From IMG/VR virus record IMGVR_UViG_2690316345_000022: 30,122 nt of DNA. One strand, given 5' to 3'. The stretch's first letter is position 1. The number at the start of each line of letters is the position of its first letter. The position numbers and the translations under genes are program-made. Shown here piece by piece: positions 7,853-17,963 of this stretch. The stretch is from a virus. Taxonomy: Duplodnaviria; Heunggongvirae; Uroviricota; Caudoviricetes. The notes beneath the pieces were generated by a model that saw nothing but the letters and a program-made list of their open reading frames with translations, was not told the origin of the DNA and made no database searches.

Positions 7853-9624
7853 CAGTAAAACTCCAGAATGGTGGATGTCAGCGGGGTGCTGATACCGGCG
7901 GTGAGTGGCTCATTTAACAGGGCGTGCATGGTCGCCCAGGCGAGGTCGGCGTGGCTGGCTTCCTCGCTGCGGCTGGCCTCATAGGTGGCGCTGCGTCCGC
8001 TGCTGGTCATGGTCTTGCGGATAGCCATAAACGAGCTGGTGATGTCGGTGGCGCTGACGTCATATTCCAGACAGCCACGGCGGATAACGTCTTTTGCCTT
8101 GAGCACCATTGCAGTTTTCATTTCCGGCGTGTAGCGGATATCGCGCGCGGCGGGATAGAACGAGCGCACGAGCTGGAACACGCCGACACCGAGGCCGGTG
8201 GCATCAATACCGATGTATTCAACGTTATATTTTTCGGTGAGTTTGCGGATGGATTCAGCCTGGGTGGCAAAGTCCATGCCTTTCCACTGGTGACGCTCAA
8301 GTATTCTGAATTTGCCACCGGCCACCACCGGCGGTGCCAGTACCACGCATCCGGCGCTGTCTCCACGGTGTGACGGGTCGTAACCAATCCATACCGGACG
8401 TGAGCCGAACGGATTGGCGGCAAACGGCGCATAGTCTTCCCATTCTTCCAGCGTGTCGACCATGCAGCGTTGCAGCTCCTCGAACGGGAACACCGATGCC
8501 TTGTCGTCAACAAATTCACACATGAACAGGTTTTTAAAATCGTCGGCGCTGTTTTCGCGTTTGAGCTGCTCAATGTCGAACAGCGTGCAGCCGCCTTTCA
8601 GGGCGTCCTCAATGGTGACAATCTGTCGCCACTGGCCGTCCGCACAGAGAAGCCCACCGGCAAGGGCGTTATGACTGACGTCGATTTCCACACGTTCGGC
8701 GGCGCTGGCGCGTCCCCGGTTAAACAGTTCACCCGACCAGAACGGGTAGGCGTCGTGCGCCAGCGTGGACGGGGTGGAGAAATAGGTCGAACGCAGGTGA
8801 CTCTGTGAGGCCATACCTGATGCCACCTTACGCAGTACCTGAAAATTCGGGATCCAGAAAATCTCGTCGACGTACAGGTCGCCGTTATGGCTCTGCGCGG
8901 TGTTGGAGTTGGTGCCGAGAAAAATCAGTTTTGCGCCGTTATTGCCCAGGACAATCGGGTCACCGGTCAGGTCAACGTCAACCAGCCGGGCAAAGGCGAT
9001 GATGTATTCGCGGAACACATACGCCTGCGTTTTACTGGCCGACAGAAAAATCTGGTTATGACCGGTTTTCAGGGCGCGCAGCAGCGCCTCGCGGGAAAAA
9101 TAAAACGTCGCGCCAATCTGGCGGGATTTCAGGATATCGCGGATGCGGTGCTCAAGCCCGGCGCGATACCAGTGCAACTGATATTCGAAAGACTGCTCAA
9201 AGAAAATCTGCTCCAGCTTTTCGATGGCCTCGTCACTGAAAAAATTCTTTTTCGGTTTGCGACGCCCGCCTTTGTTGCGGTTAGCGACGTTCGGATTAAG
9301 GTCTGCCTCGTTGCCGGTCTGACTGTAACGGTTGACCCGTGCCAGCCGTTCAATCTGGCGTCCGAGCAGGTCAATTTCCTTGAAGTCACCGCCGGTTTTC
9401 TGCGGTTTGATGATGAGCTGGGTCAGCCGCGCTTCCAGACTCATTTCGACACGGCTGATGGGGGCAACGCTGTCCCAGCCGTCGCGCTGTTTCCAGCTCT
9501 GCACCGTCGGGCGTTTCATCTGCAACATGGCGGCAATCTGCGGCACGGAAAACCCCTGCCAGTACAGCAGCGCCGCCTGACGACGCGGGTCGTGTAAAAG
9601 AGTGGTGTCTGTGGTGATGGTCAT
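7852..9624 (-). CDS. P: Terminase large (ATPase) subunit gpP
   Basis: ORF 7852..9654; internal ATG at 9624 (MTITTDTTLL...) gives 590 aa as in P2 gpP; GAGG RBS upstream. Confidence 0.92.
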   Translation of the reverse strand: MTITTDTTLLHDPRRQAALLYWQGFSVPQIAAMLQMKRPTVQSWKQRDGWDSVAPISRVEMSLEARLTQLIIKPQKTGGDFKEIDLLGRQIERLARVNRYSQTGNEADLNPNVANRNKGGRRKPKKNFFSDEAIEKLEQIFFEQSFEYQLHWYRAGLEHRIRDILKSRQIGATFYFSREALLRALKTGHNQIFLSASKTQAYVFREYIIAFARLVDVDLTGDPIVLGNNGAKLIFLGTNSNTAQSHNGDLYVDEIFWIPNFQVLRKVASGMASQSHLRSTYFSTPSTLAHDAYPFWSGELFNRGRASAAERVEIDVSHNALAGGLLCADGQWRQIVTIEDALKGGCTLFDIEQLKRENSADDFKNLFMCEFVDDKASVFPFEELQRCMVDTLEEWEDYAPFAANPFGSRPVWIGYDPSHRGDSAGCVVLAPPVVAGGKFRILERHQWKGMDFATQAESIRKLTEKYNVEYIGIDATGLGVGVFQLVRSFYPAARDIRYTPEMKTAMVLKAKDVIRRGCLEYDVSATDITSSFMAIRKTMTSSGRSATYEASRSEEASHADLAWATMHALLNEPLTAGISTPLTSTILEFY

Positions 9625-9797
9625 GAATACCTCGCCGTGATGAATACACGGCAAGGCTACTGAGTCGCGCCCCGCGATTCGCTAAGGTGCTGTTGTGTCA
9701 GTGATAAGCCATCCGGGACTGATGGCGGAGGATGCGCATCGTCGGGAAACTGATGCCGACATGTGACTCCTCTAATCACTATTCAGGACTCCTGACA
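9625..9797. promoter_or_regulatory. Divergent late-promoter region between P (leftward) and O (rightward)
   Basis: Intergenic position between divergent late operons as in P2 (Ogr-dependent PP/PO); specific -10/-35 or activator sites not confidently identified by eye. Confidence 0.4.
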
Positions 9798-10652
9798 ATG
9801 GCAAAAAAAGTCTCAAAATTCTTTCGTATCGGCGTTGAGGGTGACACCTGTGACGGGCGTGTCATCAGTGCGCAGGATATTCAGGAAATGGCTGAAACCT
9901 TTGACCCGCGCGTCTATGGTTGCCGCATTAACCTGGAACATCTGCGCGGCATCCTGCCTGACGGTATTTTTAAACGTTATGGCGATGTGGTTGAACTGAA
10001 GGCCGAAAAGATTGATGACGATTCGGCGCTGAAAGGCAAATGGGCGCTGTTTGCGAAAATCACCCCGACCGATGACCTTATCGCGATGAACAAGGCCGCG
10101 CAGAAGGTCTATACCTCAATGGAAATTCAGCCGAACTTTGCCAATACCGGCAAATGTTATCTGGTGGGTCTGGCCGTCACCGATGACCCGGCAAGCCTCG
10201 GCACGGAATACCTGGAATTCTGCCGCACGGCAAAACACAACCCCCTGAACCGCTTCAAATTAAGCCCTGAAAACCTGATTTCAGTGGCAACGCCTGTTGA
10301 GCTGGAATTTGAAGACCTGCCTGAAACCGTGTTCACCGCCCTGACCGAAAAGGTGAAGTCCATTTTTGGCCGCAAACAGGCCAGCGATGATGCCCGTCTG
10401 AATGACGTGCATGAAGCGGTGACCGCTGTTGCTGAACATGTGCAGGAAAAACTGAGCGCCACTGAGCAGCGCCTCGCTGAGATGGAAACCGCTTTTTCCG
10501 CACTTAAGCAGGATGTGACTGACAGGGCGGATGAAACCAGCCAGGCATTCACCCGCCTGAAAAACAGTCTCGACCACACCGAAAGTCTGACCCAGCAGCG
10601 CCGCAGCAAGGCCACCGGTGGTGGCGGTGACGCCCTGATGACGAACTGCTGA
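9798..10652 (+). CDS. O: Capsid scaffolding protein gpO
   Basis: ORF 9732..10652; ATG at 9798 (MAKKVSKFFRIG...) gives 284 aa as in P2 gpO. Confidence 0.9.
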   Translation: MAKKVSKFFRIGVEGDTCDGRVISAQDIQEMAETFDPRVYGCRINLEHLRGILPDGIFKRYGDVVELKAEKIDDDSALKGKWALFAKITPTDDLIAMNKAAQKVYTSMEIQPNFANTGKCYLVGLAVTDDPASLGTEYLEFCRTAKHNPLNRFKLSPENLISVATPVELEFEDLPETVFTALTEKVKSIFGRKQASDDARLNDVHEAVTAVAEHVQEKLSATEQRLAEMETAFSALKQDVTDRADETSQAFTRLKNSLDHTESLTQQRRSKATGGGGDALMTNC

Positions 10653-10710
10653 CCGACGTCAGTCAGTCCGGGAAAACCTTCACGATTAACCCTTAATTTC
10701 AGGAAAAACT

Positions 10711-11784
10711 ATGCGCCAGGAAACCCGCTTTAAATTTAATGCCTACCTGTCCCGTGTTGCCGAACTGAACGGCATCGACGCCGGTGATGTGTCGAAAAAA
10801 TTCACCGTTGAACCGTCGGTCACCCAGACCCTGATGAACACCATGCAGGAGTCCTCTGACTTTCTGACCCGCATCAATATTGTGCCGGTCAGCGAAATGA
10901 AAGGGGAAAAAATTGGTATCGGTGTCACCGGCTCCATCGCCAGCACCACCGACACAGCCGGTGGCACCGAGCGTCAGCCGAAGGACTTCTCGAAGCTGGC
11001 GTCAAACAAGTACGAATGCGACCAGATTAACTTCGATTTTTATATCCGCTACAAAACGCTGGACCTGTGGGCGCGTTATCAGGATTTCCAGCTCCGTATC
11101 CGTAACGCCATTATCAAACGCCAGTCCCTTGATTTCATCATGGCCGGTTTTAACGGCGTGAAGCGTGCCGAAACCTCTGACCGCAGCAGCAATCCGATGC
11201 TGCAGGATGTGGCGGTCGGCTGGCTGCAGAAATACCGCAATGAAGCCCCGGCGCGCGTGATGAGCAAGGTCACTGACGAGGAAGGGCACACCACCTCTGA
11301 GGTCATCCGCGTGGGTAAGGGCGGTGATTATGCCAGCCTTGATGCACTGGTGATGGATGCGACCAACAACCTGATTGAGCCGTGGTATCAGGAAGACCCT
11401 GACCTTGTGGTGATTGTGGGACGTCAGCTACTGGCGGACAAGTATTTTCCCATCGTCAACAAGGAGCAGGACAACAGCGAAATGCTGGCCGCTGACGTCA
11501 TCATCAGCCAGAAACGCATCGGCAACCTGCCGGCGGTACGCGTCCCGTACTTCCCGGCGGATGCGATGCTCATCACGAAGCTGGAAAACCTGTCCATCTA
11601 CTACATGGATGACAGCCATCGCCGCGTGATTGAGGAAAACCCGAAACTCGACCGCGTGGAGAACTACGAGTCAATGAACATTGATTACGTGGTGGAGGAC
11701 TACGCCGCCGGTTGTCTGGTGGAAAAAATTAAGGTCGGTGATTTCTCCACACCGGCTAAAGCGACCGCAGAGCCGGGAGCGTAA
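10711..11784 (+). CDS. N: Major capsid protein gpN
   Basis: 357 aa; length and position match P2 gpN. Confidence 0.93.
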   Translation: MRQETRFKFNAYLSRVAELNGIDAGDVSKKFTVEPSVTQTLMNTMQESSDFLTRINIVPVSEMKGEKIGIGVTGSIASTTDTAGGTERQPKDFSKLASNKYECDQINFDFYIRYKTLDLWARYQDFQLRIRNAIIKRQSLDFIMAGFNGVKRAETSDRSSNPMLQDVAVGWLQKYRNEAPARVMSKVTDEEGHTTSEVIRVGKGGDYASLDALVMDATNNLIEPWYQEDPDLVVIVGRQLLADKYFPIVNKEQDNSEMLAADVIISQKRIGNLPAVRVPYFPADAMLITKLENLSIYYMDDSHRRVIEENPKLDRVENYESMNIDYVVEDYAAGCLVEKIKVGDFSTPAKATAEPGA

Positions 11785-11787
11785 CCG

Positions 11788-12531
11788 ATGACGAGTCCCG
11801 CACAGCGCCACATGATGCGGGTCTCGGCAGCGATGACCGCGCAGCGGGAAGCCGCCCCGCTGCGACATGCAACTGTCTATGAGCAGATGCTGGTTAAGCT
11901 CGCCGCAGACCAGCGCACACTGAAAGCGATTTATTCAAAAGAGCTTAAGGCCGCGAAAAAACGCGAACTGCTGCCGTTCTGGTTGCCGTGGGTGAACGGC
12001 GTGCTGGAGCAGGGCAAAGGTGCACAGGATGACATTCTGATGACGGTCATGCTGTGGCGTCTGGATACCGGCGATATTGCCGGTGCGCTGGAGATTGCCC
12101 GTTATGCCCTGAAGTACGGTCTGACCATGCCGGGTAAACACCGCCGCACCCCGCCGTACATGTTCACAGAGGAGGTGGCGCTTGCGGCCATGCGCGCTCA
12201 CGCTGCCGGTGAGTCTGTGAATCCCCGCCTGCTGACGGACACCCTTGAACTGACCGCCACGGCTGACATGCCTGATGAAGTGCGCGCAAAGCTGCACAAA
12301 ATCACCGGTCTGTTTCTGCGTGACGCTGGTGATGCCGCCGGTGCGCTGGCGCACCTGCAACGTGCGACACAGCTCGACTGTCAGGCAGGCGTCAAAAAAG
12401 AGATTGAACGACTGGAGCGGGAGCTGAAACCGAAGCCGGAGCCGCAGCCCAAAGCGGCCACCCGTGCCCCGCGTAAGACCCGGAGTGCGACACCGGCAAA
12501 ACGTGGACGCCCGAAAAAGAAAGCCAGTTAA
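11788..12531 (+). CDS. M: Terminase small (endonuclease) subunit gpM
   Basis: 247 aa; basic K/R-rich C-terminus; position after N as in P2. Confidence 0.9.
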   Translation: MTSPAQRHMMRVSAAMTAQREAAPLRHATVYEQMLVKLAADQRTLKAIYSKELKAAKKRELLPFWLPWVNGVLEQGKGAQDDILMTVMLWRLDTGDIAGALEIARYALKYGLTMPGKHRRTPPYMFTEEVALAAMRAHAAGESVNPRLLTDTLELTATADMPDEVRAKLHKITGLFLRDAGDAAGALAHLQRATQLDCQAGVKKEIERLERELKPKPEPQPKAATRAPRKTRSATPAKRGRPKKKAS

Positions 12532-12630
12532 CAACCGAATGCGCCCCGCGCCAGGGCGGCACGCCGGTCAGTGTGGGTGAATCACCTGACATTGTACCGG
12601 CGTCCACCGCCCGACTTTTCTGAGGTAGTC

Positions 12631-13140
12631 ATGATGACGCTGATTATTCCGCGAAAGGAGGCTCCCGTGTCCGGTGAGGGTACGGTGGTCATCCCGCAAC
12701 CGGCAGGCGACGAGCCGGTGATTAAAAACACGTTCTTTTTTCCCGATATCGACCCGAAGCGCGTCCGGGAACGTATGCGCCTTGAGCAGACCGTCGCCCC
12801 CGCCCGTCTGCGTGAGGCCATCAAGTCAGGCATGGCGGAGACGAATGCGGAGCTGTACGAGTACCGCGAACAGAAAATTGCCGCCGGTTTTACGCGTCTG
12901 GCTGACGTCCCGGCGGACGATATCGACGGTGAAAGCATCAAGGTTTTTTACTACGAGCGCGCCGTGTGTGCGATGGCGACCGCGTCGCTTTATGAGCGTT
13001 ATCGCGGCGTGGATGCCAGTGCGAAAGGCGACAAGAAGGCCGACAGCATTGACAGCACTATTGATGAGCTGTGGCGGGATATGCGCTGGGCGGTGGCGCG
13101 TATCCAGGACAAGCCGCGCTGCATCGTGAGTCAAATCTGA
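12631..13140 (+). CDS. L: Head completion/stabilisation protein gpL
   Basis: ORF 12571..13140; ATG at 12631 (MMTLIIPRKEAP...) gives 169 aa as in P2 gpL. Confidence 0.9.
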   Translation: MMTLIIPRKEAPVSGEGTVVIPQPAGDEPVIKNTFFFPDIDPKRVRERMRLEQTVAPARLREAIKSGMAETNAELYEYREQKIAAGFTRLADVPADDIDGESIKVFYYERAVCAMATASLYERYRGVDASAKGDKKADSIDSTIDELWRDMRWAVARIQDKPRCIVSQI

Positions 13141-13343
13141 TGAAGACCTTTGCGCTACAGGGCGACACGCTCGACGCCATCTGTGTCCGGTATTACGGGC
13201 GCACTGAGGGCGTGGTTGAGACCGTGCTCGCCGCAAATCCGGGACTGGCTGAACTGGGTGCGGTGCTGCCACACGGCACCGCCGTCGAACTGCCCGACGT
13301 TCAGACCGCGCCCGTGGCTGAAACTGTCAATCTGTGGGAGTAA
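13140..13343 (+). CDS. X: Tail protein gpX
   Basis: ATG overlapping L stop (ATGA); 67 aa MKTFALQGDTLDAICVRYYGRTEG... as in P2 gpX. Confidence 0.85.
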   Translation: MKTFALQGDTLDAICVRYYGRTEGVVETVLAANPGLAELGAVLPHGTAVELPDVQTAPVAETVNLWE

Positions 13344-13346
13344 CGC

Positions 13347-13628
13347 ATGACAGCAGAAGAAAAAAGCGTCCTGTCGCTTTTCATGATTGGGGTGCTGATT
13401 GTTGTCGGCAAGGTGCTTGCCGGTGGTGAACCCATCACCCCGCGTCTGTTTATCGGGCGCATGTTGCTCGGTGGTTTTGTCTCGATGGTTGCCGGTGTTG
13501 TTCTGGTGCAGTTTCCTGACCTGTCACTGCCTGCGGTGTGCGGCATCGGCTCCATGCTGGGTATCGCCGGTTATCAGGTGATTGAGATTGCCATTCAGCG
13601 CCGCTTTAAGGGCAGGGGGAAACCGTAA
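13347..13628 (+). CDS. Y: Holin gpY
   Basis: 93 aa; hydrophobic transmembrane segments (SVLSLFMIGVLIVVGKVLAGG...); position before endolysin. Confidence 0.85.
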   Translation: MTAEEKSVLSLFMIGVLIVVGKVLAGGEPITPRLFIGRMLLGGFVSMVAGVVLVQFPDLSLPAVCGIGSMLGIAGYQVIEIAIQRRFKGRGKP

Positions 13629-14125
13629 TGCCGGTAATTAACACGCATCAGAATATCGCCGCCTTTCTCGACATGCTGGCCGTGTCCGAAGGGACGGCGA
13701 ATCATCCGCTGACGAAAAACCGGGGCTATGACGTGATAGTCACCGGACTGGACGGAAAGCCGGAAATTTTCACCGACTACAGTGACCACCCGTTCGCGCA
13801 TGGCCGACCGGCGAAGGTGTTTAACCGTCGCGGTGAAAAATCCACGGCCTCCGGTCGCTATCAGCAGCTTTACCTGTTCTGGCCGCATTACCGCAAACAG
13901 CTTGCCCTGCCGGATTTCAGTCCGTTGTCACAGGACAGACTCGCCATTCAGTTGATCCGCGAACGCGATGCGCTGGATGACATCCGGGCGGGACGTATTG
14001 AGCGCGCCATTTCACGCTGTCGCAATATCTGGGCGTCCCTGCCGGGAGCCGGTTACGGTCAGCGTGAGCATTCACTGGAAAAACTGGTCACCGTCTGGCG
14101 TACCGCTGGCGGCGTACCGGCTTAA
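13628..14125 (+). CDS. K: Endolysin gpK (lysozyme-like)
   Basis: 165 aa; start overlaps Y stop; position and length as in P2 gpK. Confidence 0.9.
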   Translation: MPVINTHQNIAAFLDMLAVSEGTANHPLTKNRGYDVIVTGLDGKPEIFTDYSDHPFAHGRPAKVFNRRGEKSTASGRYQQLYLFWPHYRKQLALPDFSPLSQDRLAIQLIRERDALDDIRAGRIERAISRCRNIWASLPGAGYGQREHSLEKLVTVWRTAGGVPA

Positions 14126-14139
14126 ACGGAGTAAACACC

Positions 14140-14565
14140 ATGAAGAAATTATCCCTTTCACTGATGCTGAATGTGTCGCTGGCGCTGATGCTGGCACTGT
14201 CCCTGATTTACCCCCAGAGCGTGGCCGTCAATTTTGTCGCCGCCTGGGCGATTCTGGCGACGGTTATCTGTGTGGTTGCCGGTGGTGTCGGCGTGTATGC
14301 CACTGAGTATGTGCAGGAACGCTACGGGCGGGAGCTGCCGCCGGAATCGCTGGCCGTGAAGATTGTCACGGCGCTGTTTTTGCAGCCGGTGCCGTGGCGC
14401 AGGCGGTCAGTGGCTCTGGTAGTGATGGTGGCGACGTTTATCTCGCTGGTCGCTGCCGGGTGGATTTTTACCGCGCTGATTTATCTCGTGGCATCGGTGT
14501 TCTTCCGGCTGATACGTACGGCCTGCCGTCAGCGTTTTGAGGGGCGGGAACCATGTCAAAGCTGA
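14140..14565 (+). CDS. lysA: Lysis timing protein LysA (membrane protein)
   Basis: 141 aa with several hydrophobic helices; position after K. Confidence 0.8.
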   Translation: MKKLSLSLMLNVSLALMLALSLIYPQSVAVNFVAAWAILATVICVVAGGVGVYATEYVQERYGRELPPESLAVKIVTALFLQPVPWRRRSVALVVMVATFISLVAAGWIFTALIYLVASVFFRLIRTACRQRFEGREPCQS

Positions 14566-14978
14566 TGACTGTGCTGGTTGTGTTGTTATCACTGGCGGTG
14601 GCCGGTCTGTTTCTGGTGAAACATAAAAATGCCAGCCTGCGCGCCTCGCTGGACAGGGCGAACAACGTCGCCAGCGGGCAGCAGACGACCATCACCATGC
14701 TGAAAAATCAGCTTCATGTTGCGCTCACCAGGGCAGACAAAAACGAGCTGGCGCAGGTGGCTCTGCGTCAGGAACTGGAGAACGCCGCGAAGCGTGAAGC
14801 ACAGCGCGAGAAAACCATCACGAGATTACTCAATGAAAACGAAGATTTTCGCCGCTGGTACGGTGCTGACCTGCCTGATGCTGTGCGCCGGTTGCACCAG
14901 CGCCCCGCCTGCACTGACGCCAGTGATTGTCGCCAACGCCTGCCCAAAAGTGAGTCTTTGCCCGATGCCGGGCAGTGA
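14553..14978 (+). CDS. lysB: LysB (i-spanin-like, Rz equivalent)
   Basis: 141 aa; N-terminal TM segment (LMTVLVVLLSLAVAGLFL) followed by charged coiled-coil-like region. Confidence 0.8.
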   Translation: MSKLMTVLVVLLSLAVAGLFLVKHKNASLRASLDRANNVASGQQTTITMLKNQLHVALTRADKNELAQVALRQELENAAKREAQREKTITRLLNENEDFRRWYGADLPDAVRRLHQRPACTDASDCRQRLPKSESLPDAGQ

Positions 14979-15123
14979 CCCGGAGACGAACGGCGAATTA
15001 AGTGCCGATATCCGGCAGCTTGAGAACGCGCTGGCACGCTGTGCCAGCCAGGTAAAAATGATTAAACACTGTCAGGACGAAAACGATGCTCAAACCCGAC
15101 AGCCTGCGCAGGGCACTGACTGA
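14833..15123 (+). CDS. lysC: LysC (o-spanin-like lipoprotein, Rz1 equivalent), overlapping lysB in another frame
   Basis: Within ORF 14716..15123: MKTKIFAAGTVLTCLMLCAGCTS has a lipobox-like signal peptide; 96 aa from this ATG, overlapping the 3' part of lysB and extending past it. Confidence 0.7.
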   Translation: MKTKIFAAGTVLTCLMLCAGCTSAPPALTPVIVANACPKVSLCPMPGSDPETNGELSADIRQLENALARCASQVKMIKHCQDENDAQTRQPAQGTD

Positions 15124-15553
15124 TGCCGTCACGGTGCTGAAAACCAGCCCCGAGATGCTGCGGATATTCGTGGATAACGGGAGTATTGCCTCCACACTGG
15201 CGACGTCGTTGTCATTCGAAAAGCGTTACACGCTCAATGTGATTGTGACCGACTTTACCGGTGATTTTGACCTGCTCATTGTGCCGGTGCTGGCGTGGCT
15301 GCGGGAAAATCAGCCCGACATCATGACCACTGACGAAGGCCAGAAAAAGGGCTTCACGTTTTATGCAGACATCAACAATGACAGCAGCTTTGATATCAGT
15401 ATCAGCCTGATGCTGACCGAGCGCACGCTGGTCAGTGAGGTGGACGGTGCGCTGCATGTGAAGAATATCCCGGAACCCACGCCGCCGGAGCCGGTCACCC
15501 GCCCGATGGAGCTTTATATCAATGGCGAACTGGTGAGCAAGTGGGATGAATGA
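15086..15553 (+). CDS. R: Tail completion protein gpR
   Basis: 155 aa; length and position as in P2. Confidence 0.9.
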   Translation: MLKPDSLRRALTDAVTVLKTSPEMLRIFVDNGSIASTLATSLSFEKRYTLNVIVTDFTGDFDLLIVPVLAWLRENQPDIMTTDEGQKKGFTFYADINNDSSFDISISLMLTERTLVSEVDGALHVKNIPEPTPPEPVTRPMELYINGELVSKWDE

Positions 15554-15998
15554 GTTTAAGCGTTTTGAAGACCGGCTGACCGGACTGACTGAATCGTTGT
15601 CACCGTCAGGGCGTCGGAGACTGAGCGCCGAACTGGCGAAGCGCCTGCGGCAGAGTCAGCAGCGTCGGGTGATGGCACAGCAAGCCCCGGACGGCACACC
15701 CTATGCGCCACGCCAGCAGCAGAGCGCCAGAAAAAAGACTGGCCGTGTTAAGCGAAAAATGTTTGCGAAACTTATCACCAGTCGTTTTTTGCATATCCGC
15801 GCCAGCCCTGAACAGGCATCAATGGAGTTTTACGGCGGGAAGTCACCGAAAATAGCCAGTGTGCATCAGTTCGGTCTGTCGGAAGAAACCCGGAAAGACG
15901 GTAAGAAAATTGATTATCCGGCGCGTCCTCTGCTCGGCTTTACCGGTGAGGATGTGCAGATGATTGAAGAGATTATCCTGGCTCACCTCGACCGTTAG
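15546..15998 (+). CDS. S: Tail completion protein gpS
   Basis: 150 aa; overlaps R end; as in P2. Confidence 0.9.
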   Translation: MNEFKRFEDRLTGLTESLSPSGRRRLSAELAKRLRQSQQRRVMAQQAPDGTPYAPRQQQSARKKTGRVKRKMFAKLITSRFLHIRASPEQASMEFYGGKSPKIASVHQFGLSEETRKDGKKIDYPARPLLGFTGEDVQMIEEIILAHLDR

Positions 15999-16064
15999 TT
16001 GTGCCATTCCCGACACCTCATCGTTACATTGCCGCCGGTATGACCCGGCGGCATCCTTCCCGTT

Positions 16065-16706
16065 ATGAACACTCTCGCAAATATTCAGGAACTCGGGCGC
16101 GTACTGCGCAACATGATACGCCCTGGCATTATCGTCGAAACCGACCTTAAAGCCGGTCGCTGCCGTGTGCAGACCGGTGGCATGTGCACCGACTGGCTTC
16201 AGTGGCTGACCCATCGTGCCGGACGTTCGCGCACATGGTGGGCACCTTCCGTGGGGGAACAGGTGCTGATTCTGGCCGTGGGTGGTGAACTCGACACGGC
16301 GTTCGTTCTGCCGGGGATTTATTCCGGCGATAACCCTCCGCCGTCTGCGTCGGCGGATGCCGTGCATATCCGTTTCCCTGATGGGGCGGTGATTGAGTAT
16401 GAACCCGAAACCAGTGCACTCACGGTAAGCGGAATTAAAACGGCCAGCGTGACGGCTTCTGATTCTGTTACTGCCACGGTGCCGGTGGTCACGGTGAAAG
16501 CATCAACCCGCATCACCCTGAACACACCGGAAGTGGTCTGCACCAACAAGCTGATTACCGGCACGCTGGAAGTGCAGAAGGGCGGGAAGATGCACGGCAA
16601 CATCGCGCATACCGACGGGAAATTCACGTCTAACGGCGTTCAGGTGGATGACCACGGTCACGGTGGTGTTAAGTCAGGAGACAACTGGACACAGGGGACA
16701 AAATGA
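16065..16706 (+). CDS. V: Baseplate central spike protein gpV
   Basis: 213 aa, MNTLANIQELGRVLRNMIRPGIIVETD...; first gene of the V-W-J-I-H-G operon. Confidence 0.9.
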   Translation: MNTLANIQELGRVLRNMIRPGIIVETDLKAGRCRVQTGGMCTDWLQWLTHRAGRSRTWWAPSVGEQVLILAVGGELDTAFVLPGIYSGDNPPPSASADAVHIRFPDGAVIEYEPETSALTVSGIKTASVTASDSVTATVPVVTVKASTRITLNTPEVVCTNKLITGTLEVQKGGKMHGNIAHTDGKFTSNGVQVDDHGHGGVKSGDNWTQGTK

Positions 16707-17050
16707 CAGCGCGTTATCTCGGAATGAATCGCAGTGATGGCCTGACTGTCACTGACCTTGAGCATATCAGCCAGAGTATCGGCGATATCCTGCGCACACC
16801 GGTCGGCTCACGGGTGATGCGTCGTGATTACGGCTCGTTGCTGGCGTCAATGATTGACCAGCCGCAGACCCCGGCGCTTGAGTTGCAGATTAAGGTCGCC
16901 TGTTACATGGCCGTGCTGAAATGGGAACCCCGCGTCACCCTGTCATCCGTCACCACGGCGCGCAGTTTTGACGGGCGAATGACGGTCACGTTAACCGGTC
17001 AGCACAACGACACCGGCCAGCCACTTTCGTTAACCATCCCTGTGAGTTGA
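16703..17050 (+). CDS. W: Baseplate protein gpW
   Basis: 115 aa; position as in P2. Confidence 0.9.
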   Translation: MTARYLGMNRSDGLTVTDLEHISQSIGDILRTPVGSRVMRRDYGSLLASMIDQPQTPALELQIKVACYMAVLKWEPRVTLSSVTTARSFDGRMTVTLTGQHNDTGQPLSLTIPVS

Positions 17051-17054
17051 AATC

Positions 17055-17963
17055 ATGCCGATTATCGACCTGAACCAGCTACCCGCACCGGATGTGGTCG
17101 AGGAGCTGGACTTTGAAACCATTCTTGCCGAACGCAAGGCGACACTGATTTCCCTTTACCCGGAAGACCAGCAGGAGGCGGTCGCCCGTACCCTGACACT
17201 GGAATCTGAGCCTCTCGTCAAACTGCTGGAAGAAAATGCTTATCGTGAGCTTATCTGGCGCCAGCGTGTGAATGAGGCCGCACGGGCGGTGATGCTGGCC
17301 TGTGCTGCCGGTAATGACCTTGATGTGATTGGTGCCAATTACAACACCACACGCCTGATTATCACCCCGGCGGATGATTCGACCATCCCGCCGACACCGG
17401 CAGTGATGGAATCTGACACCGATTATCGTCTGCGTATTCAGCAGGCGTTTGAAGGCTTAAGCGTCGCCGGGTCAGTGGGAGCCTATCAGTATCATGGCCG
17501 CAGTGCCGACGGGCGTGTCGCGGATATCTCTGTCACCAGTCCGTCTCCGGCCTGCGTCACTATCTCTGTGCTGTCACGTGAAAATAACGGCGTCGCATCC
17601 GAAGACCTGCTGGCCGTGGTGCGTAACGCCCTTAATGGCGAGGACGTCAGACCGGTGGCCGACCGCGTGACCGTGCAGTCTGCCGCCATCGTTGAATACC
17701 AGATAAACGCCACGCTGTATCTTTACCCTGGTCCCGAAAGCGAACCCATTCGCGCTGCCGCCGTGAAAAAACTGGAAGCGTATATCACTGCACAGCACCG
17801 GCTGGGGCGCGACATCCGTCTGTCTGCCATTTATGCCGCTTTGCATGTGGAAGGCGTGCAGCGTGTCGAGCTGGCCGCACCACTGGCCGACATCGTGCTC
17901 AACAGTACGCAGGCGTCTTTCTGTACCGAATACCGCGTCGTGACCGGAGGCTCGGATGAGTGA
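17055..17963 (+). CDS. J: Baseplate wedge protein gpJ
   Basis: 302 aa; position as in P2. Confidence 0.9.
   Translation: MPIIDLNQLPAPDVVEELDFETILAERKATLISLYPEDQQEAVARTLTLESEPLVKLLEENAYRELIWRQRVNEAARAVMLACAAGNDLDVIGANYNTTRLIITPADDSTIPPTPAVMESDTDYRLRIQQAFEGLSVAGSVGAYQYHGRSADGRVADISVTSPSPACVTISVLSRENNGVASEDLLAVVRNALNGEDVRPVADRVTVQSAAIVEYQINATLYLYPGPESEPIRAAAVKKLEAYITAQHRLGRDIRLSAIYAALHVEGVQRVELAAPLADIVLNSTQASFCTEYRVVTGGSDE

Noticed and set aside
7010-9597. Many long ORFs antisense to or out of frame with Q and P (e.g. 7010..7468 +, 7291..7770 -, 8118..8573 -, 8887..9597 +)
   Set aside because: They lie wholly inside well-supported Q and P coding regions; GC-rich coding DNA routinely gives such shadow ORFs and none has its own RBS or recognisable motif.
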